The notes beneath the pieces are model-generated. The model worked only from the letters and a program-made list of their open reading frames with translations. It was not told where the DNA came from and did no database searches. Source: a bacterium (GTDB lineage Bacteria; Patescibacteriota; Saccharimonadia; Saccharimonadales; Saccharimonadaceae). Taken from it: a stretch of DNA of 64,000 bases. The position numbers and the translations under genes were made by a program. Below are positions 9,891 to 19,346 of this stretch, one piece after another; position 1 is the first letter of the stretch; each line of letters opens with the position of its first letter. Location of the stretch: assembly GCA_963637115.1 (NCBI GenBank), contig CAVHLO010000001.1:244333-308332 (forward strand), given 5' to 3'.

Positions 9891-11747
9891 CTAGTAATTG
9901 CGTTCAGCGGTCGTAGAGCAAGTGTTGCGATCGATAAGTTTGCCATCTTCGTAGGAAAAGACATTCCAATACATACAGTTAGTTTTATCGGTGGAATGGT
10001 AGACTTTGGTGCCGAGTTCGGGGCCGGAAACAGTAATGGTGATGTCGTTGTAGATATAATAGTTTTTAGTGAAGTTCTTAATGGAATAATAGTAGGCACG
10101 ACCACCAACGGTATCGATGGTGAAAGTTTCGTCATAGCGGGAGTTGATAGCGGCGCGACCATCGTGGTCGAGAGTGGCAAGCGTATGGGTGACACCGTTG
10201 ACGGTTTCGGTGGGAGATTTCTTGCCAAAATAACAACTAAAGTTGTTGCCGCTAAAGGTGGTGCCATGGATATAAGTATCATAATCGTTATTAGTGGTCC
10301 AAGAGGCTTTAATGGTGATAGTTTCGCCGTGTTCGTTCCAGACGGCATAGAGGTTGAGGGTGCGGCCGCTACCCGAGAAGAGGCTAGCTGGAAAATTGGT
10401 GCCGGTTGGGAAATTGTAATCTAGGGCGAAGAATTTGTCGCTGGGGCAGGACGCAGTAACGCCGACCGCTACAGTACACCAACCTCGCAATGTGTAGCCC
10501 GAGGCGGTGGGGCGAGCGGATTTGTCTTTGGTGACGAGTTGACAACCAGTATCCTGATAGCAAGTTTGGTCGGCAGGAGTGATGACTCCACTACTGCTGG
10601 GATAAGGATAGTTGAGATTGTATTTGATGGTATATTTGCGGTGTTCCCAAGCGGGGTAGAGTTGGTAGTATTTCGAGGTGCCAGAGTCGGGGTTAGTGAT
10701 GGTGGTGTTGGGCGAGAAAGTTTCGCCAGTGGTTAAATCTTGCCATTTGAAATCGTAGCCGAGAATGCTGTCAACATTGCGGACAGTAACTTTGCGGGCT
10801 GGACCTTGGGAAGTGAAAGTTTTGGTCAGATTCGGGTCGGTGTTGCCGTAATCGACCGGCCAGGAACCGAATTTTTTAGAATAATGGTAGTCGACTTTAA
10901 TCGTGCCACCATTTTGCATAACATCGGGGTCGTAGAGGCGGATGACGGTCGAGATGGCGGAGGGCTGGCTGGAGGAGCTGGTGGTGTTCCAGCAAGTGCG
11001 AATATAAAAATCATAGTAGGCGGATTCTTGCGAGGCGAGACCGTCGGTGATATCGACAACGTTAGTGGTACGAGCGTCTTTGACGGCGATGATGAAAATG
11101 CCTTCGGCACGGTAGAGGTCGGTGTAATCGTCATCGTTGACCGAGATGCCTTGACTAGAACTGGTGTCGGAGGCAGTGGCACCGACATAAATGAGGCGTG
11201 GATTGACCGAGGCGACTTTGAGCTTGTCGCTGCCACTAATAAAGACATCGTCAACGGTGGCCGTGGTGAGGTCGCTAAGTTTTTTGGTGTTTAGAATAAA
11301 CATGTGGTCTTTAGCGTAAGAATCGTCGCTATATAAGTCGGAGCAGGAAGAGGGGGTGTAGTTTAAAATTTCTTCGGCCTTGGTGCCGGCAGCGTCGATA
11401 TCTATGGCTTTGCTGGTGATTTTGCGCCAGAGAGCGGCGTAGGCGTTGTCTTCGGTGTTGTTGCGATTGGTGGAATAGGCGGTTTGGATAAAACGGAGAG
11501 CCTCGGCTTGGGTGTCGATTTCTTCGCGGGCAAGGGTGGTTTCGAGTGCGGACTGAGCGCCAGAAGTGCTACTGGTTAAGACTGCGGTGACGGCGATGGC
11601 AACCATGGAAAAAATACCAATAGCAAGCGCGACTTCAACGAGAGTGTCGCCGGATTTGTGCGTGCGTTGGTGGTTATTAGTGAGACGACAAAAACGGTGC
11701 CGTTGTGAGCCTTTGATACTTGCTTCCCTACCCACGCGTCTATGCAT
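9891..11747 (-). CDS. large type IV pilin-like protein (class III signal peptide; possible tip or minor pilin/adhesin)
   Basis: Prepilin motif KSG/DTLVEVALAIGIFSMVAIAV (Gly at -1, Glu at +5) after a 33-aa basic leader. About 580-aa beta-rich extension containing a Listeria-Bacteroides-repeat-like segment (YTIKYNLN...GYTLRGW...LNLYAVW). Own -10 box 6 nt upstream of the ATG. Confidence 0.7.
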   Translation of the reverse strand: MHRRVGREASIKGSQRHRFCRLTNNHQRTHKSGDTLVEVALAIGIFSMVAIAVTAVLTSSTSGAQSALETTLAREEIDTQAEALRFIQTAYSTNRNNTEDNAYAALWRKITSKAIDIDAAGTKAEEILNYTPSSCSDLYSDDSYAKDHMFILNTKKLSDLTTATVDDVFISGSDKLKVASVNPRLIYVGATASDTSSSQGISVNDDDYTDLYRAEGIFIIAVKDARTTNVVDITDGLASQESAYYDFYIRTCWNTTSSSSQPSAISTVIRLYDPDVMQNGGTIKVDYHYSKKFGSWPVDYGNTDPNLTKTFTSQGPARKVTVRNVDSILGYDFKWQDLTTGETFSPNTTITNPDSGTSKYYQLYPAWEHRKYTIKYNLNYPYPSSSGVITPADQTCYQDTGCQLVTKDKSARPTASGYTLRGWCTVAVGVTASCPSDKFFALDYNFPTGTNFPASLFSGSGRTLNLYAVWNEHGETITIKASWTTNNDYDTYIHGTTFSGNNFSCYFGKKSPTETVNGVTHTLATLDHDGRAAINSRYDETFTIDTVGGRAYYYSIKNFTKNYYIYNDITITVSGPELGTKVYHSTDKTNCMYWNVFSYEDGKLIDRNTCSTTAERNY

Positions 11748-11764
11748 AAGCTTATTATAACATG

Positions 11765-12733
11765 TTAAAGTAGGTTTTGGAAGAAATCGGCGAAGGCAAA
11801 AACAAGAATAAAGGCAGCGACCAGAAAGGGGCCGAAGTGAAGTTTTAGGGCGAGGGTGTTGGTGGATTTGGAGAAGTTGGGGGTGGCTGAGTTGGGGGCG
11901 GGACTATGAGTGGAGGTGGAGTTAGTGGTGGATTTTCTGGATTTTTTGGGGAGCCTCAGAAGATGAGGGAGGGCATAGAGACAGGCGAGAAAATTGGCGA
12001 AAAAGAGGACAAGGAGAGCTAGAAACGGGTCGGCGAGAGCGAGGGCAATGGCAAGAGCGAGTAGCCAGTCGCCGTCGCCGACCCAGTTGCCGCGGCTGAA
12101 TTTATAGAGAGCGTAGTAGAGACCTGGGAGAATAAGAATAGCGGCTAGCAGGGGTAGGATAAAGTTTTCGAGAGTGAGGCTAGCAACGGAAAAGCTGGCC
12201 CATACTCTCAGGGTTAAGAGAATTATAGCACAGATTATCGAAATTGTCAAGGCGATGGTCGGGAGCTCGCCGTAGAGAGCGTCGTAAATCGCAAGGAACA
12301 GAAGAGTAAGAACGAGCAGAAAAAGTACAATCAGAAGCGGAATAATAAAGGCGGGGGCGGAAGTGGTTAGGGTGGCGAAGTTGGTCGTTGTGGCAAAAGT
12401 AAGCGGGTCAGAGGCGAGGGGCGTGGCGGTCAGTATGGGGATAAAGGTAAAGCCGAGGAGAAGAAAGGTGAGGGCAGAAAAAAGTTCAGACAGAAATTCG
12501 GCGGGGCCGATTGGGGCGTGGCAGTAGCGACAACGCCCCCCAAGGGTAAGCCAAGAAATGAGTGGTAAATTGTCATACCAAGCGAGTTGATGTTTACAGG
12601 AAAGGCAGACGGAGCGAGAACCGAGGGGCTTTTTTCCCTGCTCTCTATGCCGCAGACGGCGGGCGGTGCAACACAAAAACGAGCCAAAACAGGCGCCGAG
12701 AATGAATAAAAAGATTAGAAACACAACCGACAT
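11765..12733 (-). CDS. pilD: prepilin peptidase / N-methyltransferase (A24 family) PilD
   Basis: N-terminal Cys-pair region (CLSCKHQL...CRYCHAPI), multiple TM helices, and the active-site region WVGDGDWLL. Adjacent to pilin genes. Confidence 0.85.
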   Translation of the reverse strand: MSVVFLIFLFILGACFGSFLCCTARRLRHREQGKKPLGSRSVCLSCKHQLAWYDNLPLISWLTLGGRCRYCHAPIGPAEFLSELFSALTFLLLGFTFIPILTATPLASDPLTFATTTNFATLTTSAPAFIIPLLIVLFLLVLTLLFLAIYDALYGELPTIALTISIICAIILLTLRVWASFSVASLTLENFILPLLAAILILPGLYYALYKFSRGNWVGDGDWLLALAIALALADPFLALLVLFFANFLACLYALPHLLRLPKKSRKSTTNSTSTHSPAPNSATPNFSKSTNTLALKLHFGPFLVAAFILVFAFADFFQNLL

Positions 12734-12769
12734 ATTGTTATTTTAGCATAAATACTTTATAATGAGGAT
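12734..12769. promoter_or_regulatory. 36-bp divergent promoter region pilD / pilin, both leaderless
   Basis: Plus strand: TATAAT at 12758-12763, 6 nt before ATG 12770. Minus strand: TGCTAAAAT (12740-12748), 6 nt before ATG 12733. Confidence 0.6.
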
Positions 12770-13387
12770 ATGAAAAAGGGCGTTTTGGGAAGCGACTTAA
12801 GTGGCAGGGGTAGGCGACTAGGTGGATCAAGAGGACTAGGTGGACTGGGTAACACTAAAACACGGCGAAGGTGGGGGTTTACGATTATTGAGGTGTCGCT
12901 GGTGGTGGGGGTTGCGGGATTGATTTTTTTGGTGGTAATGATTGGGCTGCCGGCAGTACAGAGAACACAAAGGGACTCGCAGCGAAAGGAACAAATCACG
13001 GAGATGCTGGCGGAGCTGAAAAATTATCAGACGAATAATCGAGGGGCGCTGCCGACTGGGACGGGGACGGTGAATTATAATGCAGAGGCGAGCGGGACGA
13101 CTTGGGCGGGGTTTTATCATAATTTTCTGGGGGAAAATTTTCGGGACCCGAACGGGCCACAGTATGTACTGAGGGTGGTGAGGTGCGACAATACGAATGG
13201 GACGCAGTGCGCGACCGAAACGGGGCTTACTAATCTTGCGGCGGCGGAATTTCCGAATGGGTATATGATTTATGTGGTGATTGGGGCGCGATGCGACGGA
13301 GCGACGGCGGTGGGGGCGGAAAATCCGCGAAAAGTGGCGGCGACGTATAAGCTCGAGGGGGGTGGCGTGGTGTGTAGTAATACTTAA
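12770..13387 (+). CDS. pilA: type IV pilin (paralog 1)
   Basis: G/FTIIEVSLVVGVAGLIFLVV prepilin motif after a 36-aa Gly/Arg-rich leader. Shares LPA(V/L)QR(T/S)QRD(S/T)QR and the C-terminal KLEGxGxxC with the next gene. Confidence 0.8.
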   Translation: MKKGVLGSDLSGRGRRLGGSRGLGGLGNTKTRRRWGFTIIEVSLVVGVAGLIFLVVMIGLPAVQRTQRDSQRKEQITEMLAELKNYQTNNRGALPTGTGTVNYNAEASGTTWAGFYHNFLGENFRDPNGPQYVLRVVRCDNTNGTQCATETGLTNLAAAEFPNGYMIYVVIGARCDGATAVGAENPRKVAATYKLEGGGVVCSNT

Positions 13388-13477
13388 AAAATTAAGCTGA
13401 TTTTCAGCCAAAGTGCTCTTGCTTTTTTTGTTTTTCTTGATATGATTAAATAAAGGCGTGTCGCGTGATATGGCATT

Positions 13478-14002
13478 ATGCGACACCGTAAGCTAATAAG
13501 AAAGGCGAATATGAAAAAACAACATCAAACTAAAGGGTTTACGATTATCGAGGTCGTGTTGGTGCTCGCGATTGCGGGTCTAATCTTCCTCATGGTCTTT
13601 ATCGCTCTGCCGGCATTGCAGCGTTCACAGCGTGATACGCAACGGCGAGATGATATGGCGAGGTTTTCGTCGCAGTTGTCTCAATATCAGGCGAATAATA
13701 ACGGTAACGTACCTAGCTCAACCACGACTGCTTGGAATACATTCCTGACGGATTATTTGAAGGCTGGTGGTGATAGTTTTGCGGACCCGTCTGGTAATGA
13801 TTATGCAGTAACTGGGTTCCTAAAGTGTACCAGCGCTAGCACCTGTGTCCAGAAGAGTACCTCGGGTGACAAACTTGGTTCGATCTATGTATATTCGAAT
13901 GCGACCTGTAACGGTGAAACACCAGCATATCTTCAGGGTGATCGCAAAATTGCCTTTACTTTGAAGCTAGAAGGTGCGGGTATTTACTGCGGGCATAACT
14001 AA
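13478..14002 (+). CDS. pilA: type IV pilin (paralog 2)
   Basis: KG/FTIIEVVLVLAIAGLIFLMV prepilin motif. The leader is 20 aa from ATG 13478, or 9 aa if translation starts at ATG 13511. Followed by a strong terminator. Confidence 0.8.
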   Translation: MRHRKLIRKANMKKQHQTKGFTIIEVVLVLAIAGLIFLMVFIALPALQRSQRDTQRRDDMARFSSQLSQYQANNNGNVPSSTTTAWNTFLTDYLKAGGDSFADPSGNDYAVTGFLKCTSASTCVQKSTSGDKLGSIYVYSNATCNGETPAYLQGDRKIAFTLKLEGAGIYCGHN

Positions 14003-14019
14003 TAGCCTCTTTGCATAGC

Positions 14020-14047
14020 AAAATCACCTCTTCGGAGGTGATTTTTT
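14020..14047. terminator. bidirectional rho-independent terminator between pilin and pilC
   Basis: ATCACCTC-TTCG-GAGGTGAT (14023-14042) followed by T6 on the + strand and T4 on the - strand. Confidence 0.8.
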
Positions 14048-14051
14048 GTGA

Positions 14052-15257
14052 TTAGACCGAGACGGAGTTCACGAGCGAGTAAATCGGGAGGAGAGTTCCG
14101 CCGACGACTACGCCGATGAGGGCGGCCATGATAACCATGAGGATAGGTTCAATCATGGTGGAGATGTTATTAATTTGTTCGTCAAGTTCGTTTTCGTAAA
14201 CTTGGGCGGCTTTGCCGAGCATTTCGTCGATTTGGCCGGATTCTTCGCCGATGGAGGCCATTTGGGGGACGAGCGGGAGCATATATTCCCTGTCGCGCAG
14301 AGATTCGGAAAGGGCTTTGCCGCCTTTGATGATTCCGAGAGATTTAGAATATTCCTCTTCGACGACGGTGTTGGAGACGGCGTCGATAGCGATAGTGATA
14401 GAATCAAGCATTGGCACGCCAGTGGCGAGCATCATTTCGGCGGTGCGGGCGAAGCGCGAGACGTAAAGTTTGCGGAAGAGGGCACCGAATAGCGGCATAT
14501 CGATTTTGATAGTATCGGCGATTTTGCGCCCCAGAGGAGTGCGTTTGACGCCATACCAGCAGCCGACGGCGATGCCCATAATAATCATAGCGACCAGCCA
14601 CCAAAACTGACCGAAGAAGTCGGTGATACCGACGAGAAATTGAGTGAGCCCCGGCAGAGTTTCGCCCATGTCTTCGTAGAGATTTTTGACTTGCGGAACG
14701 ACCATAATCATCATAAAAGCTAGCACGCCGATAATAACGACCAGAATAATGGCGGGATAGACTAGGGCGCCTCGAATTTTGCTCATCATGGCGGCGTCTT
14801 TTTCTTCTTGGTCGGCGAGGCGTTTTAAGGCGAGATCCAAGGTGCCGGAAGTTTCGCCAGCCTGAATGAGGGCGAGATAGACGCCATTAAAGACATCGGG
14901 GTATTTAGCAAAAGCTTCGTGGAGCGGGTTGCCAGCTTCAACGTAAATCAGGATTTCTTCGACGATAGTTTTCATGGCTTTGGCTTCGGTCTGTTCGGCG
15001 ACAGTACGCAGGCTAGTAGCAAGAGGGAGACCAGCGCCGATAAGGGTCGCGAGCTGGCGAGTGAACATGACACGGTCTTTGGCGGTGATGCGACCTTTGC
15101 CACCGAATAACCCGTTCCCTTCTTCGGTGATAGACTGCGGAATGTAGCCTTGGTCAAGCAATAAATGACCGGCGATCTGTTCGGTTTCGGCAGATATATT
15201 GCCCTTGACAACCTTGCCAGTGCTTTTTTCCTTGGCTTTATAAGTGAACCTACGCAC
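14052..15257 (-). CDS. pilC: type IV pilus platform protein PilC (GspF family)
   Basis: Full-length GspF/PilC architecture: two repeated cytoplasmic domains and three TM segments. GTG start 4 nt after the pilT stop. Confidence 0.9.
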   Translation of the reverse strand: MRRFTYKAKEKSTGKVVKGNISAETEQIAGHLLLDQGYIPQSITEEGNGLFGGKGRITAKDRVMFTRQLATLIGAGLPLATSLRTVAEQTEAKAMKTIVEEILIYVEAGNPLHEAFAKYPDVFNGVYLALIQAGETSGTLDLALKRLADQEEKDAAMMSKIRGALVYPAIILVVIIGVLAFMMIMVVPQVKNLYEDMGETLPGLTQFLVGITDFFGQFWWLVAMIIMGIAVGCWYGVKRTPLGRKIADTIKIDMPLFGALFRKLYVSRFARTAEMMLATGVPMLDSITIAIDAVSNTVVEEEYSKSLGIIKGGKALSESLRDREYMLPLVPQMASIGEESGQIDEMLGKAAQVYENELDEQINNISTMIEPILMVIMAALIGVVVGGTLLPIYSLVNSVSV

Positions 15258-15260
15258 GAT

Positions 15261-16346
15261 CTAGCCTTTCACGATCCGATTAAGTTCGTTGATATCGACA
15301 GCGTATTCGCGAGCGTTTTCGTAAGTAATCACGCCTGTTTGAACGAGTTTGGCAAGAGTGCGATCCATGGTTTGCATGCCTTGGTCGGCGCCGGTTTGAA
15401 TAGCGTTGTCAATTTGATGAGTCTTGCCGTCGCGAATTAAAGCGCGGATAGCGGAGTTGGCGACCATGATTTCGGCTGCAACCACGCGACCGCCACCGAT
15501 GGCCGGCACGAGACGCTGAGCGCAAATAGCCATGAGAATGTTCGAAAGTTGTGAACGGACTTGGGGCTGTTGGTGGGACGGGAAAACATCGATCATGCGG
15601 TCGATACTTTGGGCAGCAGAGTTGGTGTGGAGGGTGGCAAAAACTAAATGCCCAGTTTCGGCGATAGTAATTGCCGCCTGAATGGTTTCGAGATCACGCA
15701 TCTCACCGATTAAGACTACGTCTGGGTCTTCGCGCAGAGCGGAACGGAGGGCGGCGGCGAAACTGAAAGTATCATAGTGGACTTCGCGCTGGGCGATGAC
15801 AGAACGGATGGAACGATGAGTAAATTCAATCGGGTCTTCGATAGTGATAATGTGGGTGGATTTTTCGTTGTTAATTTTGTTGACGAGGGCGGCCAGAGTG
15901 GTAGATTTGCCGGAGCCGGTCGGACCGGTGACGAGCACTAAGCCGCGTGGAAAATCGGCGAAAGTTTCGACAATAGCCGGCATACCGAGGTCATTGATGT
16001 TTTTGATGACGTTCGGAATGAGCCGAAAAGCTGCGGCGAGTTTACCTCGTTCATGAAAAGCATTAACCCGGAAGCGAGCAATGTCGCCAAAGGCGAAAGA
16101 ATAATCGAATTCTTTGTCTTTGATGAGGATTTTGCGTTGTTCGTCGTCGAGAGTTGCAAAAATGAGATTTTTGACTGCGTCCTCGTTCAGGGCGGAAATG
16201 CCTGCGACTGGGGTCAAGGCGCCATCGACGCGCAGAATGGGAGGCAAACCATATTGGATATGCAAATCCGAGGCGTTGCGACGGACGCATTCCTCGAGTA
16301 AGTTTTCGATTTTTGGTGTAGTTATTGTCTGCCCACTATTTTCCAT
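15261..16346 (-). CDS. pilT: twitching-motility retraction ATPase PilT
   Basis: Walker A GPTGSGKSTT, Asp box, Walker B and His box (TLHTNSA) with PilT-type length. ATG at 16346 is preceded by GGAGG. The track start at 16367 is a TTG. Confidence 0.9.
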   Translation of the reverse strand: MENSGQTITTPKIENLLEECVRRNASDLHIQYGLPPILRVDGALTPVAGISALNEDAVKNLIFATLDDEQRKILIKDKEFDYSFAFGDIARFRVNAFHERGKLAAAFRLIPNVIKNINDLGMPAIVETFADFPRGLVLVTGPTGSGKSTTLAALVNKINNEKSTHIITIEDPIEFTHRSIRSVIAQREVHYDTFSFAAALRSALREDPDVVLIGEMRDLETIQAAITIAETGHLVFATLHTNSAAQSIDRMIDVFPSHQQPQVRSQLSNILMAICAQRLVPAIGGGRVVAAEIMVANSAIRALIRDGKTHQIDNAIQTGADQGMQTMDRTLAKLVQTGVITYENAREYAVDINELNRIVKG

Positions 16347-16370
16347 ATTACCTCCATTATAACACAACCA

Positions 16371-18134
16371 TTATGATAAATCACTGGCTACGCGGTTAAC
16401 TTCCTCCATACTAGTAATGCCAGCTAGAACTTTTAAGATACCGTCCTGACGCATGGTAATCGTGCCCTTTTCTTTGGCGAGACGCATAATTTCGGACGCA
16501 GTGGAATGATCGACGATTTTTTTCTGAATGTCTTCATCAACGACGATAGTTTCGTAAAGACCGGCGCGACCTTTGTAGCCGCCTGGGGTTTCTTTGGTTT
16601 CCATACCTTTGGCGAGCATGTAATAATTATCGTTTCTAATGGGCAAACCTGGGTAGCCAAGGTCCTGACTAATCGAGGCGGCTTCCTCTTTGTTTTTGGG
16701 AAGTAAATCGCCGACAATGCTGTTGATGCCTTTGGTTTCGACCTCGGAAGATTTATACATTTCGCGTTTTTCAGTAATTCGGCGGACTAGGCGCTGACCG
16801 ATGACGACATTCAGAGTGCTGGCGAGGAGAAACGGTTCGATGCCCATGTCGAGCAAACGCGGAAGAATACCGGCGGCAGAGTTGGTGTGGAGGGTGCTAA
16901 AAACTAAGTGGCCAGTCAGAGCGGCCTGAATGGCGAGGCCGGCAGTTTCGGAATCGCGGATTTCCCCAACCATGACTACGTCAGGGTCTTGGCGGAGAAT
17001 ACTGCGGAGACCGTTCGCAAAAGTGAGGCCAGCATCAACATTGACTTGGATCTGATTGACGCCGTCCATTTTGTATTCGACTGGGTCTTCGAGAGTGACA
17101 ATGTTGATTTCTTCGGATTTGATTTGTTGAATTAAGGCATAAAGCGTAGTAGATTTACCCGAACCGGTCGGACCAGAAGTCAAAATCATGCCGTTAGGCT
17201 TTTTAATGCCATCTAGAACGTCACGCAAGGCTCGACCGGACATACCCATTTTGGAGATATCCATCGAGGCAGACTTTTTGTCGAGCAAACGAATGACAAC
17301 TTGTTCGCCCCAAGTGACGGGAGAAATGGCAATACGTAAATCGATTTCTTGGCCGTCGACGATAACGGTGAATTGACCGTCCTGCGGAATACGGTGTTCG
17401 TCAATTTTAAGCGAGGCGAGGATTTTGATACGCGAAACGAGAGCTGGAGCGACGCTTTTGGGCAGTTCCATAATTTTGCGCAACACACCGTCGATACGAC
17501 AACGAATGATGAGAGATTTTTCGAGTGGTTCGATATGAATATCCGAGGCTTTGGTTTTGGCGGAATAACTTAGAATCGTGGTAAGGGCCTTTGAAATCGG
17601 GGAGTCTTCGACGATGGTTTTGGCGTTGCTTTTGGTGGCTTCGTCGGTCGAGGTGTCGGCGCCGCTGACTGCCTCGCGGACGCTAGAAATATCGCCATGG
17701 AATTGGGCGAGAACTTCTTCAATTCCCTGCTCGGAAGACATCCAGATGCGAATGGGGCGGTTAACTAAATTGGAAAGATAATCTGTGGTCTGGACGTTGG
17801 TGACGTCAACCATGGCGACGTTTAGCATGCCGTCTTTTTCGCCAAGAGCAACGGCATGGACGCGTTTCGAGGCATCGCCTGGGATACGGGCGAGAGTCTC
17901 TTGGTCGATGGTGATGTTTTTGAGTTCGACATAAGGCACGCCGATAATGGCAGCGGTGGCACGGGCGACCATTTCGGAATTGATGAGATTGCGATTAATT
18001 AGTTCGGCAAGCAAAGATTTGTTTTCGGCAGCGAATTGCTGCTCGACTTCGGAAACCAGCCGACGATCAGCAAGCCCCTCACTAAGAAGGAGCTCGACAA
18101 TTCGAACTTCGGCATCTTTGGTAAGCAAAGCCAT
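16371..18134 (-). CDS. pilB: type IV pilus assembly ATPase PilB (GspE family)
   Basis: N-terminal GSPII_E-like domain, Walker A GPTGSGKSTT, LRQDPDV and TGHLVFSTLHTN. The start overlaps the stop of the upstream gene (TAATG). Confidence 0.9.
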   Translation of the reverse strand: MALLTKDAEVRIVELLLSEGLADRRLVSEVEQQFAAENKSLLAELINRNLINSEMVARATAAIIGVPYVELKNITIDQETLARIPGDASKRVHAVALGEKDGMLNVAMVDVTNVQTTDYLSNLVNRPIRIWMSSEQGIEEVLAQFHGDISSVREAVSGADTSTDEATKSNAKTIVEDSPISKALTTILSYSAKTKASDIHIEPLEKSLIIRCRIDGVLRKIMELPKSVAPALVSRIKILASLKIDEHRIPQDGQFTVIVDGQEIDLRIAISPVTWGEQVVIRLLDKKSASMDISKMGMSGRALRDVLDGIKKPNGMILTSGPTGSGKSTTLYALIQQIKSEEINIVTLEDPVEYKMDGVNQIQVNVDAGLTFANGLRSILRQDPDVVMVGEIRDSETAGLAIQAALTGHLVFSTLHTNSAAGILPRLLDMGIEPFLLASTLNVVIGQRLVRRITEKREMYKSSEVETKGINSIVGDLLPKNKEEAASISQDLGYPGLPIRNDNYYMLAKGMETKETPGGYKGRAGLYETIVVDEDIQKKIVDHSTASEIMRLAKEKGTITMRQDGILKVLAGITSMEEVNRVASDLS

Positions 18135-18451
18135 TAAGAATTCTCCTGCGAGCTGTCGGAGTCGGAATTTGCGTCGTCGGTATCAGTGGCGGTGCTGGAG
18201 TCGGTGCTAGTGTCAGTACTAGTTTGGACGTCGTCGCTGCCGATGTAGATTTCTACAGTCGGATTGAGCGATTTGTAATTGAAAATATTTTGGTCAGGCT
18301 CGGCAAGGTCGGCAGTAACTTCGGTTTCGACGGTTTTGACGCTGACGGACTCGATTTCGCCAATGAATAGACCAGTAACAAAGTAGGCGATAATAACTCC
18401 GGCAATAGCGGCAACGATAGTAGTGGCGAGTTCGGCTTTAGCGGATTTCAT
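18134..18451 (-). CDS. small bitopic membrane protein with acidic Ser/Thr/Asp-rich tail, part of the pilus operon
   Basis: One TM helix (TTIVAAIAGVIIAYFVTGLFI). GGAGG Shine-Dalgarno. Translationally coupled to pilB. No family recognised. Confidence 0.55.
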   Translation of the reverse strand: MKSAKAELATTIVAAIAGVIIAYFVTGLFIGEIESVSVKTVETEVTADLAEPDQNIFNYKSLNPTVEIYIGSDDVQTSTDTSTDSSTATDTDDANSDSDSSQENS

Positions 18452-18454
18452 GAT

Positions 18455-19345
18455 TTAATTACCTCCTTTGCTAGTTGTGGCGCTGTCGGGGCTAACCGTG
18501 CTGGTAGTCTCGGCAATGTTGGAACGGTTCATGTAATAAGCGGTGGCTTGGAACTGTAGGCTGATGGCGCTGTCGCTATTCCATTCGATACTGGCGCGAG
18601 TGATATTGAATTCGCGGATAGAGCGTTCAATATTGGTTAGGGCTTTAATAGTGGTGCCGAAATCGGCCTCGATTTTGGAGCTAACGGAGATTTCGTTGAG
18701 ATTTGGAGCGAGGTCTGAGGCTTCGATGGAGCCCGAGGAGCTAATAGATTCTGGTTCCCAGTTGGCGGTTAGGTATAACTTGTTCAAGCTGGCAAGTAAA
18801 GCTTCCTCGTTTTTGTAGGCTGGGAGAGCATCAGGAATGACGCGGAGAGCCGAACAACTTTTGATTAAAGTAGAGGCGGCTTGGAGTTCGGAGGCGCCAC
18901 GGGCGTCGGAATAGAGCTTATTTAATTCTTTGTAGGTGTAGTTTTTGCTGGTGCTGGGGTTGATGCAGCTAGTACTACTTTCTTTAGGCACAGAATCGAG
19001 GGCTTCACTGGCGGCGAGGTTTTGCAAGATGTTGGCGCGGAGAGTGCCACTGATTTCGGAGACTTCGATAGAATCGGGTGAACAATTTTTGAGTTCTTCT
19101 TCGGAATAGACTGCGCCTGATGGAGCCTTGCAGACGCCAGAGTTTTTGATTAAATTCGAATAGTCCGTGATAGACTCGTCTTCCGCCATGATAACTTTGG
19201 CGTTGAAGGAAATTTGGTCGATAAAATGAGCAGTGAGGGCAACAGCGACACCGAGGAGTACAGAGGCGCCGAGCACCGCTAGCAACATGAATTGTTGGGC
19301 TTCTGAGATTTTGGCGCGTTTGCCGATAGCGACTTCTTTAGCCAT
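18455..19345 (-). CDS. PilO-like bitopic pilus-alignment protein (tentative)
   Basis: ATG at 19345 is preceded by GGAGGA and lies 1 nt after the upstream stop; the track start at 19480 overlaps the upstream gene. One TM helix (FMLLAVLGASVLLGVAVAL) followed by an extracytoplasmic domain. Position between the PilN-like gene and pilB. Confidence 0.45.
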   Translation of the reverse strand: MAKEVAIGKRAKISEAQQFMLLAVLGASVLLGVAVALTAHFIDQISFNAKVIMAEDESITDYSNLIKNSGVCKAPSGAVYSEEELKNCSPDSIEVSEISGTLRANILQNLAASEALDSVPKESSTSCINPSTSKNYTYKELNKLYSDARGASELQAASTLIKSCSALRVIPDALPAYKNEEALLASLNKLYLTANWEPESISSSGSIEASDLAPNLNEISVSSKIEADFGTTIKALTNIERSIREFNITRASIEWNSDSAISLQFQATAYYMNRSNIAETTSTVSPDSATTSKGGN

Positions 19346-19346
19346 A

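Noticed and set aside
11830-11960. Ser/Thr/Asn/Pro-rich insert near the PilD C-terminus as another palindromic element
   Set aside because: No inverted repeats and no shared core with the valS and FemAB elements. It looks like an ordinary low-complexity loop.
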